Shown: positions 31,761-41,894, numbered from the stretch's first letter. The stretch is 64,000 bases of DNA from Candidatus Omnitrophica bacterium UBA6215 (GCA_002421665.1 DISH01000004.1:152025-216024), one strand, 5' to 3'. Notes: a model not told the origin generated them from the sequence alone. Numbers and translations: made by a program.

Positions 31761-32581
31761 CGGAATTATTGGGACAGGTCAGGGAAGCCGTCCAGTACGG
31801 GTTCGTCCAGCGCGCGGTGATCGCGGGTTGCTTTATGGCCCTCGGGTGTTCTTTCCTGGGGGTATTTCTTGTCCTGCGCAGGTTCTCGCTTATAGGCGAC
31901 GGTCTGGCCCACGTAAGTTTTGCGACCGTGGCTATAGGTCTGCTCTTGCACGCGCAGCCGATGGTCGTTTCCATACCGTTGGTGGCGCTTGCGTCATTGG
32001 CGATACTGGAGCTCAACGAGAAAGCGAAGGTATACGGCGACGCTGCCATAGGGCTCGTGTCATCGTTCGGTATCGCCCTTGGCGTGATCATCGCTTCCAC
32101 GGCCGGGGGGTTCAATGTCGACCTTTTCAGCTACCTTTTTGGAAATATCCTTTCGGTGAGTTCCTTCGAGGTACGCTTGACCGCGGCGATCTCCGTGATC
32201 GTGGTCCTTGTTACGGTATTGTTCTACCATGACCTGTTCTCCATAACTTTCGATGAGGATTACGCTCGGGTGACCGGCATCAAGGTCAGGGCTGTCAATA
32301 AGCTGTTGATCGTGCTGACCTCGCTTGTGATCGTTCTGGGGATAAAGATAGTCGGGACCATGCTTGTCTCGAGCCTTATCATCCTGCCGGCCATATCGGC
32401 GTTGCAGGTAGTGCGCAGCTTCAGGGCGACGATAGCGCTTGCAGGGATATTTGCCGTCCTATCTGTGTTGATCGGGATCTTTGTTTCGTATGTGCTAAAT
32501 TATCCTTCCGGGGCTACTATTGTAATGGTGAATTTCGTGTTTTTTATCGGGTCCTTTCTTTATGGCAAGATCAAAGGTTAA
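31757..32581 (+). CDS. znuB: zinc ABC transporter permease ZnuB
   Basis: 274 aa, eight-TM ABC-3 family permease. Confidence 0.88.
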   Translation: MTELLGQVREAVQYGFVQRAVIAGCFMALGCSFLGVFLVLRRFSLIGDGLAHVSFATVAIGLLLHAQPMVVSIPLVALASLAILELNEKAKVYGDAAIGLVSSFGIALGVIIASTAGGFNVDLFSYLFGNILSVSSFEVRLTAAISVIVVLVTVLFYHDLFSITFDEDYARVTGIKVRAVNKLLIVLTSLVIVLGIKIVGTMLVSSLIILPAISALQVVRSFRATIALAGIFAVLSVLIGIFVSYVLNYPSGATIVMVNFVFFIGSFLYGKIKG

Positions 32582-33752
32582 GGTTTTCGATCTGCTGCTT
32601 ATCCTTTTACTGGGCCTTCTGGTACGCCTGATCCCCCTATTTAACGCCATAGATTGGACGGATCTTTACGGGCGGCAGGCGATGCCCATACTCGACCACC
32701 TTAATATTTACAGCTCAACAAAAAGGGTTTTTCCGTATTCGCCTGTTTCTATGTTCCTGCCGGCCGGATGCGCGATATTATCCACCGCGCTGGAGATTCC
32801 GTTCTATATGATCATGAGGTTGCCGGGCATTATCGCGGACATATGCATCGGATTGTCGTTATATTTAACACTGGCCGGTGCCGGCAAGGAGAGGGCGGCT
32901 CTTTTCGCGGGATTACTCTACGTCCTGAACCCGGTATCGATATTGATATCCTCCTTCCACGGTAATGTCATGCCTATTGCGGTATTGTTCTCGTTCCTGG
33001 CATATACGGTATTGTTGAAAGGAGAGGAAGAGAATTACAGGTTGTCCGCGCTGCTTTTGGGGCTGGCTATCGGCTTCCGGGGCTACCCGGCGCTCCTCCT
33101 GCCGCTGTTCCTTATTAAGTTGAGACTTCCCGTAAGCAAGAAGGTAAAATATGTCCTCTATTCAACCATTCCTACGGCGTTATCATTCGTGCCGTTCCTG
33201 CTTTTGGACTACAGGTCGGTTTTTAGAGAAGTATTTTCATATACGGGTTTCCCGGACTACGGGCTGGGCGCTTTGTTAAGGGCGTTCTATTCACTGCAAA
33301 ATTTTGACATTTTCGTCAATTTTCCCGGAGGATTACTGCCCAGGCTTTTGATCTATACAAAAGCGTTATTTATCGTTATCTATATATTGATATTGGTTTT
33401 TGCGCGAAGGAAGAGGCTGGTATCATTAGTGCTTGCGGTTTTCCTGGCGTTCTATTGCGTATATTCCGGCATCTCATCACAATACCTAATTTGGTTGCTG
33501 CCGTTCGCTTTCCTGGCGGGGGACAGGATGTTGAAATACTACATAATAATCGCCGCGTGGGCGATGGTCAATTTCTATTATTTATATCATCCCTACATAA
33601 TTTTCGGTAAAGTATCAATGACGAATATGCCGCTCGTTGGTTTATTGAAAGGGCAGATAATTTCGCTGGGCCTGCTTTGGCTGGTGTGCGCGGTATGGCT
33701 GGTCCTTATCCTGGCCGAAAAAGGCCGGGTGGCCGGGCGGGATCTTTTATGA
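32562..33752 (+). CDS. GT87/DUF2029-like membrane glycosyltransferase
   Basis: 396 aa polytopic protein; the conserved early periplasmic loop of the DUF2029 pattern. Confidence 0.45.
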   Translation: MARSKVKVFDLLLILLLGLLVRLIPLFNAIDWTDLYGRQAMPILDHLNIYSSTKRVFPYSPVSMFLPAGCAILSTALEIPFYMIMRLPGIIADICIGLSLYLTLAGAGKERAALFAGLLYVLNPVSILISSFHGNVMPIAVLFSFLAYTVLLKGEEENYRLSALLLGLAIGFRGYPALLLPLFLIKLRLPVSKKVKYVLYSTIPTALSFVPFLLLDYRSVFREVFSYTGFPDYGLGALLRAFYSLQNFDIFVNFPGGLLPRLLIYTKALFIVIYILILVFARRKRLVSLVLAVFLAFYCVYSGISSQYLIWLLPFAFLAGDRMLKYYIIIAAWAMVNFYYLYHPYIIFGKVSMTNMPLVGLLKGQIISLGLLWLVCAVWLVLILAEKGRVAGRDLL

Positions 33753-34111
33753 GGAGGCGGGCGGATGTTCATCAGGTATATTAGGTCATTACGGTTATCG
33801 GAGAAAGCGATCATGAGTTTCTTTCTTATCCTTTATTTCGTTGAGATAGCGTATATCTTGACGATGGCTAAATGAATGTATTGTGATAGAATAGTTGCCG
33901 ATGGGAGAGAAGAGAGTATTAGGGTTTAGGGACATTACGCTTTCCGTCTTCTACTCGATATTCGGCCTTGAAGCGATATCGGCTTCGGCGGCTATCGGGA
34001 ATTCGGGAATAAATGGGCCGCCAGAGGCATATGGTTTTATCGGATATCCCTTAGTTATCGGGGAGGTAATTGTCAGGAGAGTCCGCGCGCAAAATTAAAA
34101 AGGAGATTGAC

Positions 34112-34411
34112 ATGCCGGAATTCGGGACAGCGTTATCGGGATTGGCAAAGGACAGGAAATTGACCAAGGCAGAACTGATAAGGGCCATACGTTTCATGGT
34201 CGCGGCGGAATACGAGGCCATCCAGCTGTACATGCAGCTTGCCGAATCCACCGACGATAAACTGGCACAGGAAGTCCTCAAGGATATCGCGGATGAGGAG
34301 AGGGTGCATGCCGGGGAGTTCCTGAGGTTGTTAAAGGAACTGGCTCCCGATGAGCAGAAATTCTACGATGAGGGAGCGGGAGAAGTGGAAGAAGAAATAA
34401 GGAAAAAATAA
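34112..34411 (+). CDS. small ferritin-like diiron protein (EncFtn-like fold)
   Basis: AAEYEAIQLYMQLAE...DEERVHAGEFLRLL matches the E..Y / EExxH half-ferritin pattern; ATG 34112 with AAGGAGA RBS; no encapsulin shell gene nearby. Confidence 0.6.
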   Translation: MPEFGTALSGLAKDRKLTKAELIRAIRFMVAAEYEAIQLYMQLAESTDDKLAQEVLKDIADEERVHAGEFLRLLKELAPDEQKFYDEGAGEVEEEIRKK

Positions 34412-34433
34412 AAGGTAATCGGGATTATTTATA

Positions 34434-35708
34434 GTGTGGACTAAATTTATTCGAGGTTTGCTATCGGAAAAAACAGACCGATATGTTTTTAATAGATGTT
34501 CCCGGGATGACAAGGATTATTCAAATTGCCGGGCAATAGACCTTTATGTTCATATACCTTTTTGTAAAGGTTCATGCCGGTATTGCCCCTATATAACCCA
34601 ACCATTCGATCTGAATTCATCGAAGCTTTACCGGGATGCTTTAGTTTCGGAACTGGGGCATTATGCGGACCTGCTAAAGGATAAGCCCGTCGGTTCCTTG
34701 TACATCGGCGGAGGCACCCCGACGTTAGATCTAAGTTTGGTCGGCGATTTGCTAAAGCACTTGAGACAAATAGTCACACCAAGCGGGCCGATTGCTATTG
34801 AAACGACCCCCAGCGATATATCCTGTTCCAAGATCGATGAATTGAAAAAGTTGGGCATCGATTACATAAGCCTGGGCGTCCAAAGTTTCAATCCCGGATA
34901 TCTGGCGTTGTTAGGGCGGAATTATGAAGCGGAAGACGCAGGAAAAGCGCTTAGCGAATTGATGGAGTCGGGCCTAAGCCTGGTCAACGCCGATATGATC
35001 TTCGCTTTTCCCGGTCAAACGCTGCGTGAATTCATGGAAGACCTGGGTAAGCTTATGCAATGGTCGCCTCACCAGGTGACATGTTACCCGCTCTTTACTT
35101 TCCCGTATTCTTCCGTTGGGCGGTTCATGAGGCTCAAGAGGCTAAAAATGCCCGATGTTTTTGTACGCAGGAAAATGTATTATGAAATGACCGGTTATTT
35201 TCAAAAGTGCGGTTATAAGCAAACATCCGTTTGGTCATTCACAAAGAACGAAAATAGGCACAATTATTCATCGGTGACCCGTGACCACTATCTGGGATTG
35301 GGGGTAGGAGCCGGTAGTTATACGGGGAAAGGGTTTTATTTCAATACATTCTCGACAAAAGAATATATGGACAAAGCGGCATACCGGCGTCCGACGGCGA
35401 TCAAGATGGATATCACCGAAAGGATGGAAAAGCTTTTCTGGCTTTACTGGCGTTTTTACGAAACGGAGATAAATGCGGTGCGTTACCATAGCCGTTTCAA
35501 CAACGGTATTGACGAGGATTTCGGCAGGATGCTGTGGACGGTCGAGAAGATGGGCATGCTTAGGTTGGACGGGGCTCGATCCAGGATATTGAACGAGCGG
35601 GGCGCTTTCTGGATACACTTATTGCAAAATTATTTCGCGCTCAATTACGTGAATAGGGTTTGGACCGCGGGATTAGCCGACCCCTGGCCCGAAAGAATAA
35701 GGTTATAA
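34434..35708 (+). CDS. HemN/HemW-like radical SAM protein (coproporphyrinogen-III oxidase family)
   Basis: CKGSCRYC radical-SAM CxxxCxxC motif, GGGTPT glycine-rich motif, HemN C-terminal domain; GTG start. Confidence 0.75.
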   Translation: MWTKFIRGLLSEKTDRYVFNRCSRDDKDYSNCRAIDLYVHIPFCKGSCRYCPYITQPFDLNSSKLYRDALVSELGHYADLLKDKPVGSLYIGGGTPTLDLSLVGDLLKHLRQIVTPSGPIAIETTPSDISCSKIDELKKLGIDYISLGVQSFNPGYLALLGRNYEAEDAGKALSELMESGLSLVNADMIFAFPGQTLREFMEDLGKLMQWSPHQVTCYPLFTFPYSSVGRFMRLKRLKMPDVFVRRKMYYEMTGYFQKCGYKQTSVWSFTKNENRHNYSSVTRDHYLGLGVGAGSYTGKGFYFNTFSTKEYMDKAAYRRPTAIKMDITERMEKLFWLYWRFYETEINAVRYHSRFNNGIDEDFGRMLWTVEKMGMLRLDGARSRILNERGAFWIHLLQNYFALNYVNRVWTAGLADPWPERIRL

Positions 35709-36604
35709 TGTTGAACAAACTTGCTTATTATGCGAAGTGGTACTATCTGTGCCGCATAAGGAACCGGAAAATACCTCTTAACAGTTCTCTTATTCTGACC
35801 GATCAATGTAATTTAAAATGTAAACATTGCACCGTATCCGGGCTGGGATACCCGGCGAGAAGCTTCCGGGAGGTTACTGGAGATGTCCGAAAATTATATG
35901 ACCTCGGGTCCAGGGTCCTGGTCATTACAGGCGGGGAGCCATACGTTTGGGCCGATAAGGAATATACGGTAGAAGACATCGTCCGATTTGCAAAAACGGT
36001 TGGATTCTTCCGCGTCGTCATCTGCACGAACGGGACTTATGACCTGCGGTCATCGGCGGATTATCTGTGGGTCAGCCTCGACGGTTTCAGCTTACAGCAT
36101 ACGAACTTGAGGGGGGATGTGTATGAACGGGTGGTGCGGAACATAGAACAGAGCCGGCACGGAAGTATATATATAAATTTCACCATCAGCCGTGAAAATC
36201 ATGATATATTCGAAGAAGCCGCCGAAGAGATATTGAAAATAAGGAATATACGCGGTATCTTATTTCATATTTTTACCCCTTATAAAGGTTCGGACCCGGA
36301 CTTGAAGCTCACTGCCGAAGAGAAGGACCGGGTTTTGGGCCGTTTGTTAAAAATAAAAAGAAAGCATCCTGTTAGGATATTCAATACGTTTGACGGATTA
36401 AGAGCGATGCGGTCTAAGGATTGGGACAGGCCCATCTGGGCAAGCATTGTCAGCAACCGGGGCCAGATCGGTCCGTGCTGCTGCCGAGAGGGCATATATG
36501 ACAAAGAAATATGTGAAGAATGCGGGTGCACTCCGGCAGTCGAAACATATGTTCTGCAGGAGGGGAAGGTCCTTGCCGGCATGGAAAATTTGAGGTTCAT
36601 TTAA
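35708..36604 (+). CDS. radical SAM protein with Cys-rich (SPASM-like) C-terminus
   Basis: CNLKCKHC motif; C-terminal CCCREG...CEECGC cluster; 1-nt TAATG overlap with the upstream radical-SAM gene. Confidence 0.7.
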   Translation: MLNKLAYYAKWYYLCRIRNRKIPLNSSLILTDQCNLKCKHCTVSGLGYPARSFREVTGDVRKLYDLGSRVLVITGGEPYVWADKEYTVEDIVRFAKTVGFFRVVICTNGTYDLRSSADYLWVSLDGFSLQHTNLRGDVYERVVRNIEQSRHGSIYINFTISRENHDIFEEAAEEILKIRNIRGILFHIFTPYKGSDPDLKLTAEEKDRVLGRLLKIKRKHPVRIFNTFDGLRAMRSKDWDRPIWASIVSNRGQIGPCCCREGIYDKEICEECGCTPAVETYVLQEGKVLAGMENLRFI

Positions 36605-37044
36605 TAATTAGGAAGGTAAGTATAAACTATTTTTGGAAGAGGTATAGCATATCATGAAGCGGGATGTCAAATTGATTTACATACGCACATTCGGCTGACC
36701 GATGGAAGCAGTATTATACGACTATTCTGACGTATCTGAGCAATATCTGGTAAGCGGAACTCGTTGAACTATTGAAGGTTAAGGAAGGCAACAGGGATTA
36801 ACAAGGATAAAACAGGATTTGGCAAAAGAAGGCGAGAAAAAAGTCTGAGTTTACAAAGTAAACTTAGCTAACGCATCAGAAATAAAATTCGATAGGTTAG
36901 AAAAGTTTATTAAGAGTAGAAATACTCCTGGGGTTTAATTACTCGAGAGAATGTAGGACATAATTTGGGGTGGATAAGTTCGTATCAGCAATGCATAAAC
37001 TAAATAGAGTCAGTATAGGTATATGGGAATGAGAGGGAGTAGAA

Positions 37045-39135
37045 ATGTATTTAAAAAGCCTAAAAATAATTAATTTTAGAAAATTTGGAGAATTGAACAA
37101 TGTTGTGGAATTTGTAGGCTCAAAAGGTGCCCAACCAAAAACTGAGGGAATTAACATAGCTTTATCTACAACTTTAATTGTGGGGAAAAACAATTCTGGT
37201 AAAACAACAGTAACAGAAGCGCTAAAGAGACTAATTCACGACAGAAAATTTAAAGCAAATGACTTTAATTTCATGTATTTAAACACGCTGCTTGAGGAAT
37301 ACAAAAAAGGCAAATTTGAACGTTTTCCAAAACTCGAGTTTGAAATCACTGTAAGGATTGATTTTAGCAGCGATTCCGACTTGGTTACAAATATTGCTCC
37401 ATTCATGAGTATAGAAGGCGTGGCGTCAGCAGGCAAGAAAAGCGATTTTCAAGTTCTCATGAAATATGAAATAAAAGAAGAGACAAGTTTTGAGGACGAA
37501 GTCCTGTCTATTATTGGAAAGTATAAAGATGAAACATTATTGTTTCGGAAATTTTTGGAACTCATTACCAATACTGAGTTCGAATTTAATTACTATAATT
37601 CAGAAGATGTGTTGATAGAAGATAATAAATTCAAGATTAGTGATTTGTTGGAAATCAAAGTAATTAATGCTAACAAAGATATTCATGGGAACTGTTTGTC
37701 TAATATTTTTAATAGGATAATTAAGCTGCTTTGCACGAGCGGGAACAAACCGGTTGTTCCTGATGGTATAGCTTCCGAGATAGATAAAATTAATAAGACG
37801 ATAACAAAAAAAGTGTCAGCGCCGCACGCTACGACTGTCAACAGAGCATTGAGTAAAATTGAGTCAAGTGACCACATGGAAGTTAACTTAAGGCCAGATT
37901 TAACTTTTGATAATATTCTTTCAACAATTATCCGATATGAATATAAAGAAGGGAAATTTCATATCCCCGAAGGACAGTTTGGTCTTGGGTACTCGAACCT
38001 CATGATGATTATTGGAGAACTGATTGAGTACATTGAGAAGTATCCTAAGCAGGAGCACCACAGTAAGATTAATTTGATTTGCATAGAAGAGCCGGAAGCT
38101 TTCATGCACTGTCAGATGCAGGAATTATTCATAAAGCATATTAATGATGCTGTTGATTTTCTCTTGAAGGATAGAGAGAAAGAAATTAACAGTCAGCTAA
38201 TAGTGACGACGCATTCCCCTCATATCTTAAATAGCAAGATTCATAGTGGAAATACTTTTGACAATATAAGTTATAGTACCATTGTCGATGATTTCGCAAA
38301 TGTTGTTAATCTGAATGATGTCAACGTAATGGGGGATAAGTCTGCTGATGAGGGAAAAGGTGATGTGGCGGCAGAAAAGAAAACCGCTGATGACCTTAAG
38401 TTCCTAAAGAAACACATCAAATACAAAGTGTCGGAGCTGTTCTTTTCTGATGCGGTAATCTTTGTTGAAGGAGTGACAGAAGAAACACTGCTATCTTATT
38501 ATATTGACAAAGACAAAACATTAAATCGTTATTACATTTCAGTCTTTAACATTAATGGCTCACACGGTCTTGTTTATCACCCACTGATAAAGCTTCTTAA
38601 AGTTCCCAATCTAATCATAACCGACTTTGATATAAGAAGAGAAGAGAAAGAAAAAGATGACTGCCTTCAAATCAAAGACCTAAAAGATAGGGAGACTACA
38701 AATAAAACCATTGCCAAATATAATCCTGACAAAGAAAAAATCGGAAATCTTAAAGGATATTTCGAAGATGAAAACATATATGTAATATTTCAGCGTGAAG
38801 CCATCGAAGGATATTATGCGACTAGCTTTGAGGAAGCATTTATTCTCACTAACTATAATAACGACATACTGAATAACGCTTTATCTGTTGTAAAACCTGG
38901 AGTCTATAAAAAAATCAGTGGGGAGCCAATAGATAGAAATAGGCTCAAGGACGCATCCTATAAGTTGCAAAGCAGCCTTTCTAAAAGCAAAAGCGACTTT
39001 TCAAATGAGCTGCTATACGAAATCGTAGTTAGCGAAGATGCAGGAGCCATACCGAAACCGCCGAAATACATAACAGACGGGTTGGTGTGGTTGACTCGTT
39101 CCGTTAAGAAGCAAGCAAAAGGGGGGAATAAATAA
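37045..39135 (+). CDS. gajA: OLD-family ATP-dependent endonuclease (ABC ATPase + Toprim), GajA-like
   Basis: 696 aa; KSLKIINFRKF start, Walker A GKNNSGKTT, Walker B/D-loop LICIEEPEAFMH, H-loop QLIVTTHSPHIL, Toprim motifs VIFVEGVTEETLL and LIITDFDIRRE; GAGGGAG RBS. Confidence 0.85.
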   Translation: MYLKSLKIINFRKFGELNNVVEFVGSKGAQPKTEGINIALSTTLIVGKNNSGKTTVTEALKRLIHDRKFKANDFNFMYLNTLLEEYKKGKFERFPKLEFEITVRIDFSSDSDLVTNIAPFMSIEGVASAGKKSDFQVLMKYEIKEETSFEDEVLSIIGKYKDETLLFRKFLELITNTEFEFNYYNSEDVLIEDNKFKISDLLEIKVINANKDIHGNCLSNIFNRIIKLLCTSGNKPVVPDGIASEIDKINKTITKKVSAPHATTVNRALSKIESSDHMEVNLRPDLTFDNILSTIIRYEYKEGKFHIPEGQFGLGYSNLMMIIGELIEYIEKYPKQEHHSKINLICIEEPEAFMHCQMQELFIKHINDAVDFLLKDREKEINSQLIVTTHSPHILNSKIHSGNTFDNISYSTIVDDFANVVNLNDVNVMGDKSADEGKGDVAAEKKTADDLKFLKKHIKYKVSELFFSDAVIFVEGVTEETLLSYYIDKDKTLNRYYISVFNINGSHGLVYHPLIKLLKVPNLIITDFDIRREEKEKDDCLQIKDLKDRETTNKTIAKYNPDKEKIGNLKGYFEDENIYVIFQREAIEGYYATSFEEAFILTNYNNDILNNALSVVKPGVYKKISGEPIDRNRLKDASYKLQSSLSKSKSDFSNELLYEIVVSEDAGAIPKPPKYITDGLVWLTRSVKKQAKGGNK

Positions 39136-41507
39136 TGAGCCTATCAAAAATATCCCCTACTTCCGAGAAGGAAGAGCTCGCTGTTCAAGACCTCGTTAAT
39201 TCATATATTGACAGGAACGAAAGCCTTGTTTTTAGCGCAGGAGCAGGAGCAGGAAAGACTTATGCCTTAACTGAGAGCTTAAAACATATCGTAAAAGTGC
39301 ACGGCGACAGGCTGGTTAGGCATAACCAAAAAATAATATGTATTACATATACGAATGTCGCAACAAATGAAATCAAAGAGCGTCTTGGCAACTCAGACCT
39401 TGTCAAGGTTTCAACTATTCATGAAAGAGTTTGGGATTTAATTAATGATTATCAAAAGGAGCTTATTAAGATACACGTTGAAAAAATTCAGGAAGATCTT
39501 GTTAAGTTGCAGTTTGACTTGTATGACAGTAACGAGGAAAAAGAAGAAAGCTTGTATAAGGCTTACCGGGGGCTTTCAGATAGCGAAAAAGCTGAATTTA
39601 AAAGCATGATGATTGCTAAAAAGAAAGAGTTTTACAGATTTTACGATAAGCCTGCTAAAGAATTTAAGTTTGCAATGGGAGATTTTATTGGTGGATATGC
39701 GAGCCTTTTGAGCAATGTTGCAAATTTTAAGAAAACAGTAAGTATAATTTATAAGATTGAGAATTATAAAGAGTGTCTGGGGAAAATCAATGAAGGACAT
39801 GCGAAATACGCTGAGGTTAAATATGACGACAGATATAATTTTGACGTCCTTCATCGAATGATAATAAGTCACGATACGCTTCTTGAGTATGCTCTTAAGA
39901 TGATTAAGACTTATGATTTGTTGAAGCGTGTTATATTTGATAGTTATCCGTACATTCTCATAGACGAATACCAAGACACTAATCAAAACGTAGTTGAAAT
40001 AATGAAACTTATTGAAGATCACGCAAAGAGCATTAAGCGCAAACTTTTTGTGGGTTATTTCGGTGATTCAGCACAAAACATCTACGAAGACGGAGTAGGG
40101 AGTGGCCTTGTCAATATTCATCCAGAATTAAAGGGCGTGAATAAACAATTCAATCGCAGGTCTCATTCAGAAATAATCGATGTCATAAATAAAATCAGGA
40201 ATGATGAAATAAAACAGAAGTCCATATTTGAGGATTGTACTGGCGGAAGTATTGAGTTTTACGCCGGAACGAATGAAGTTAAACATCTATTCATCGAAGA
40301 ATACAGAAAAAAGTGGAATATCAACTCAGAAAATAAACTTCATTGTTTGGTTTTACTGAATAAATTTGTCGCAGAATTCAATGGCTTTCCCGATATATAC
40401 AGATGTTTTGCAGATACTTCTTATTACAAAATAAACTATGACCGCCTAAACAATGAAATACTCAGCAATGATCTATCCAAGCTGGGAGACATCCCAAACC
40501 TATTCTATAGAGTTCTCAAATTCATTGACAACTTAAATAACCTTAATACTTCTGTTGCCAACATAGTCGATAAGGAAACCTATTCCAGAATGACGTTTCT
40601 CAAAATAAAAGAGCTTACCACTATATTCAAGAACCTCAAAGGTGTTACTTTAGGAGAGTATATAAAAGACATATTTGAAAAATACAGCAATTCTGACAAT
40701 AACTATTATAAAAAAGTCATTCAAAAACTGATTGGCATTGAATATTACTCATATCACGATTTTACAAATTACCTCCTTGACGAATTGTTTTTCAATATAG
40801 GAAACGGAAGGTGGGAAGAATTCAAGCTTACGGTTGTTGAATTGACACAGAATGATTTATCTGCAAAGACAGACGAAAAGGAATTTAAGCCATTTAAGCT
40901 AAAATTGGACAATTTTCTTTCTGGAGAATATTTTTCTTATCTCGACATTCAGGAAGTAAACGCCTTTAAACAAAGGCTCGTTGAGTTCATAAAAGAACAA
41001 AAAATAACAAGCATAAAAACCAAAGATATGGACTCTTTCATGGAAAAATTGGACCAAACATTTCAAAATGAAATAATAGCCCTAATAGATAAAGATGAGG
41101 TTGAAGTCGCTAAAACAAAACTCGATGAACTCCTAAACATAAAATTAGACCAGTGGAAAATCTGGTACGATTTCATAAACAATAAACAAAAATCCGAGAT
41201 TGAGTACCATACCTATCATGGAACAAAAGGCGCCGAATACGATAACGTCATAATCATTATGGAAAACGATTTTGGGCGAATGAATAAAGATAAATTCTCA
41301 TCTTTTTTCAAGCATTACAAAAATCCTGATTCTTTACTTGAAGAAGACAGAGTTAAGTTTAATAATACAAAAAACTTGTTATACGTATCTTGTTCCCGCG
41401 CAATTAAAAACTTAAGGATTTTATATCTTGACGATATATCTGAATTTCGAGAAGGAATAGAACATATTTTTGGAACAGTAAACCCTTATAAACCAAACTT
41501 AATCTAA
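39135..41507 (+). CDS. gajB: UvrD-like superfamily 1 helicase, GajB-like
   Basis: 790 aa; Walker A AGAGAGKTY, motif II YILIDEYQDTNQ, motif III FGDSAQNIYE, motif VI-like YHTYHGTKGAEYDNVIII; start overlaps the gajA-like stop (TAATG). Confidence 0.85.
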   Translation: MSLSKISPTSEKEELAVQDLVNSYIDRNESLVFSAGAGAGKTYALTESLKHIVKVHGDRLVRHNQKIICITYTNVATNEIKERLGNSDLVKVSTIHERVWDLINDYQKELIKIHVEKIQEDLVKLQFDLYDSNEEKEESLYKAYRGLSDSEKAEFKSMMIAKKKEFYRFYDKPAKEFKFAMGDFIGGYASLLSNVANFKKTVSIIYKIENYKECLGKINEGHAKYAEVKYDDRYNFDVLHRMIISHDTLLEYALKMIKTYDLLKRVIFDSYPYILIDEYQDTNQNVVEIMKLIEDHAKSIKRKLFVGYFGDSAQNIYEDGVGSGLVNIHPELKGVNKQFNRRSHSEIIDVINKIRNDEIKQKSIFEDCTGGSIEFYAGTNEVKHLFIEEYRKKWNINSENKLHCLVLLNKFVAEFNGFPDIYRCFADTSYYKINYDRLNNEILSNDLSKLGDIPNLFYRVLKFIDNLNNLNTSVANIVDKETYSRMTFLKIKELTTIFKNLKGVTLGEYIKDIFEKYSNSDNNYYKKVIQKLIGIEYYSYHDFTNYLLDELFFNIGNGRWEEFKLTVVELTQNDLSAKTDEKEFKPFKLKLDNFLSGEYFSYLDIQEVNAFKQRLVEFIKEQKITSIKTKDMDSFMEKLDQTFQNEIIALIDKDEVEVAKTKLDELLNIKLDQWKIWYDFINNKQKSEIEYHTYHGTKGAEYDNVIIIMENDFGRMNKDKFSSFFKHYKNPDSLLEEDRVKFNNTKNLLYVSCSRAIKNLRILYLDDISEFREGIEHIFGTVNPYKPNLI

Positions 41508-41540
41508 AGGAGATGCCCATGGGCGGTTTTAAAAAAGGAT

Positions 41541-41894
41541 TTGGACGGCAGCGAAGAGCAATGGCGATATGAAAGATTTATCGAGATAATATTTGAAGCA
41601 GATAAAAAGTGTTTAGAACAGCATATAGAGGAACGAAGACTCAAAGAACAGGCGATAGATAACCAAATCAGAAAGGTTGATGCAAAACATTTTCAGAAAT
41701 GCGCGCAGTGGTCAGGCAAAAAATACAACCTAACGCAAACAGCGAGAATTTTAAGGGTGCATCGGCAGACGTTATATCATTGGATTAAGAAGGGTTGGTG
41801 CAAACCGAAACGTGATTACAGGAATTATCCTGTTTTTACAGTTTTAGACATTGAAAACCTGATGAAGTGGAGAAACACGATAAAATCGGGATGA
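41541..41894 (+). CDS. small HTH_17 (AlpA/excisionase/MerR-type) DNA-binding protein; TTG start
   Basis: C-terminal helix-turn-helix NLTQTARILRVHRQTLYHWIKKGW; AT-rich codon usage like the island; only a TTG start is available in frame. Confidence 0.5.
   Translation: MDGSEEQWRYERFIEIIFEADKKCLEQHIEERRLKEQAIDNQIRKVDAKHFQKCAQWSGKKYNLTQTARILRVHRQTLYHWIKKGWCKPKRDYRNYPVFTVLDIENLMKWRNTIKSG

Noticed and set aside
33895-34098. 67-aa ORF in the spacer before the EncFtn-like gene
   Set aside because: It has no RBS and no recognisable motif, and it overlaps the RBS region of the downstream gene. It is more likely a 5' UTR or promoter region; the possibility of a small leader peptide is not excluded.
34112-34411. 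Possible encapsulin nanocompartment operon
   Set aside because: The EncFtn-like protein is present, but no HK97-fold shell gene lies adjacent and the C-terminus lacks a recognisable cargo-loading peptide, so it is not called an encapsulin system.
36605-37044. Search for tRNA, integrase remnant or att repeats at the island's left border
   Set aside because: No cloverleaf-compatible sequence (no GTTCGAATC-like T-arm), no recombinase-like ORF, and no repeat matching the right border were found; the border is called by composition only.
39576-40022. Minus-strand 148-aa ORF inside the UvrD-like helicase gene
   Set aside because: AT-rich DNA produces long stop-free antisense frames by chance. Its Ile/Phe/Lys-rich translation has no domain, and the sense-strand helicase motifs are unambiguous.
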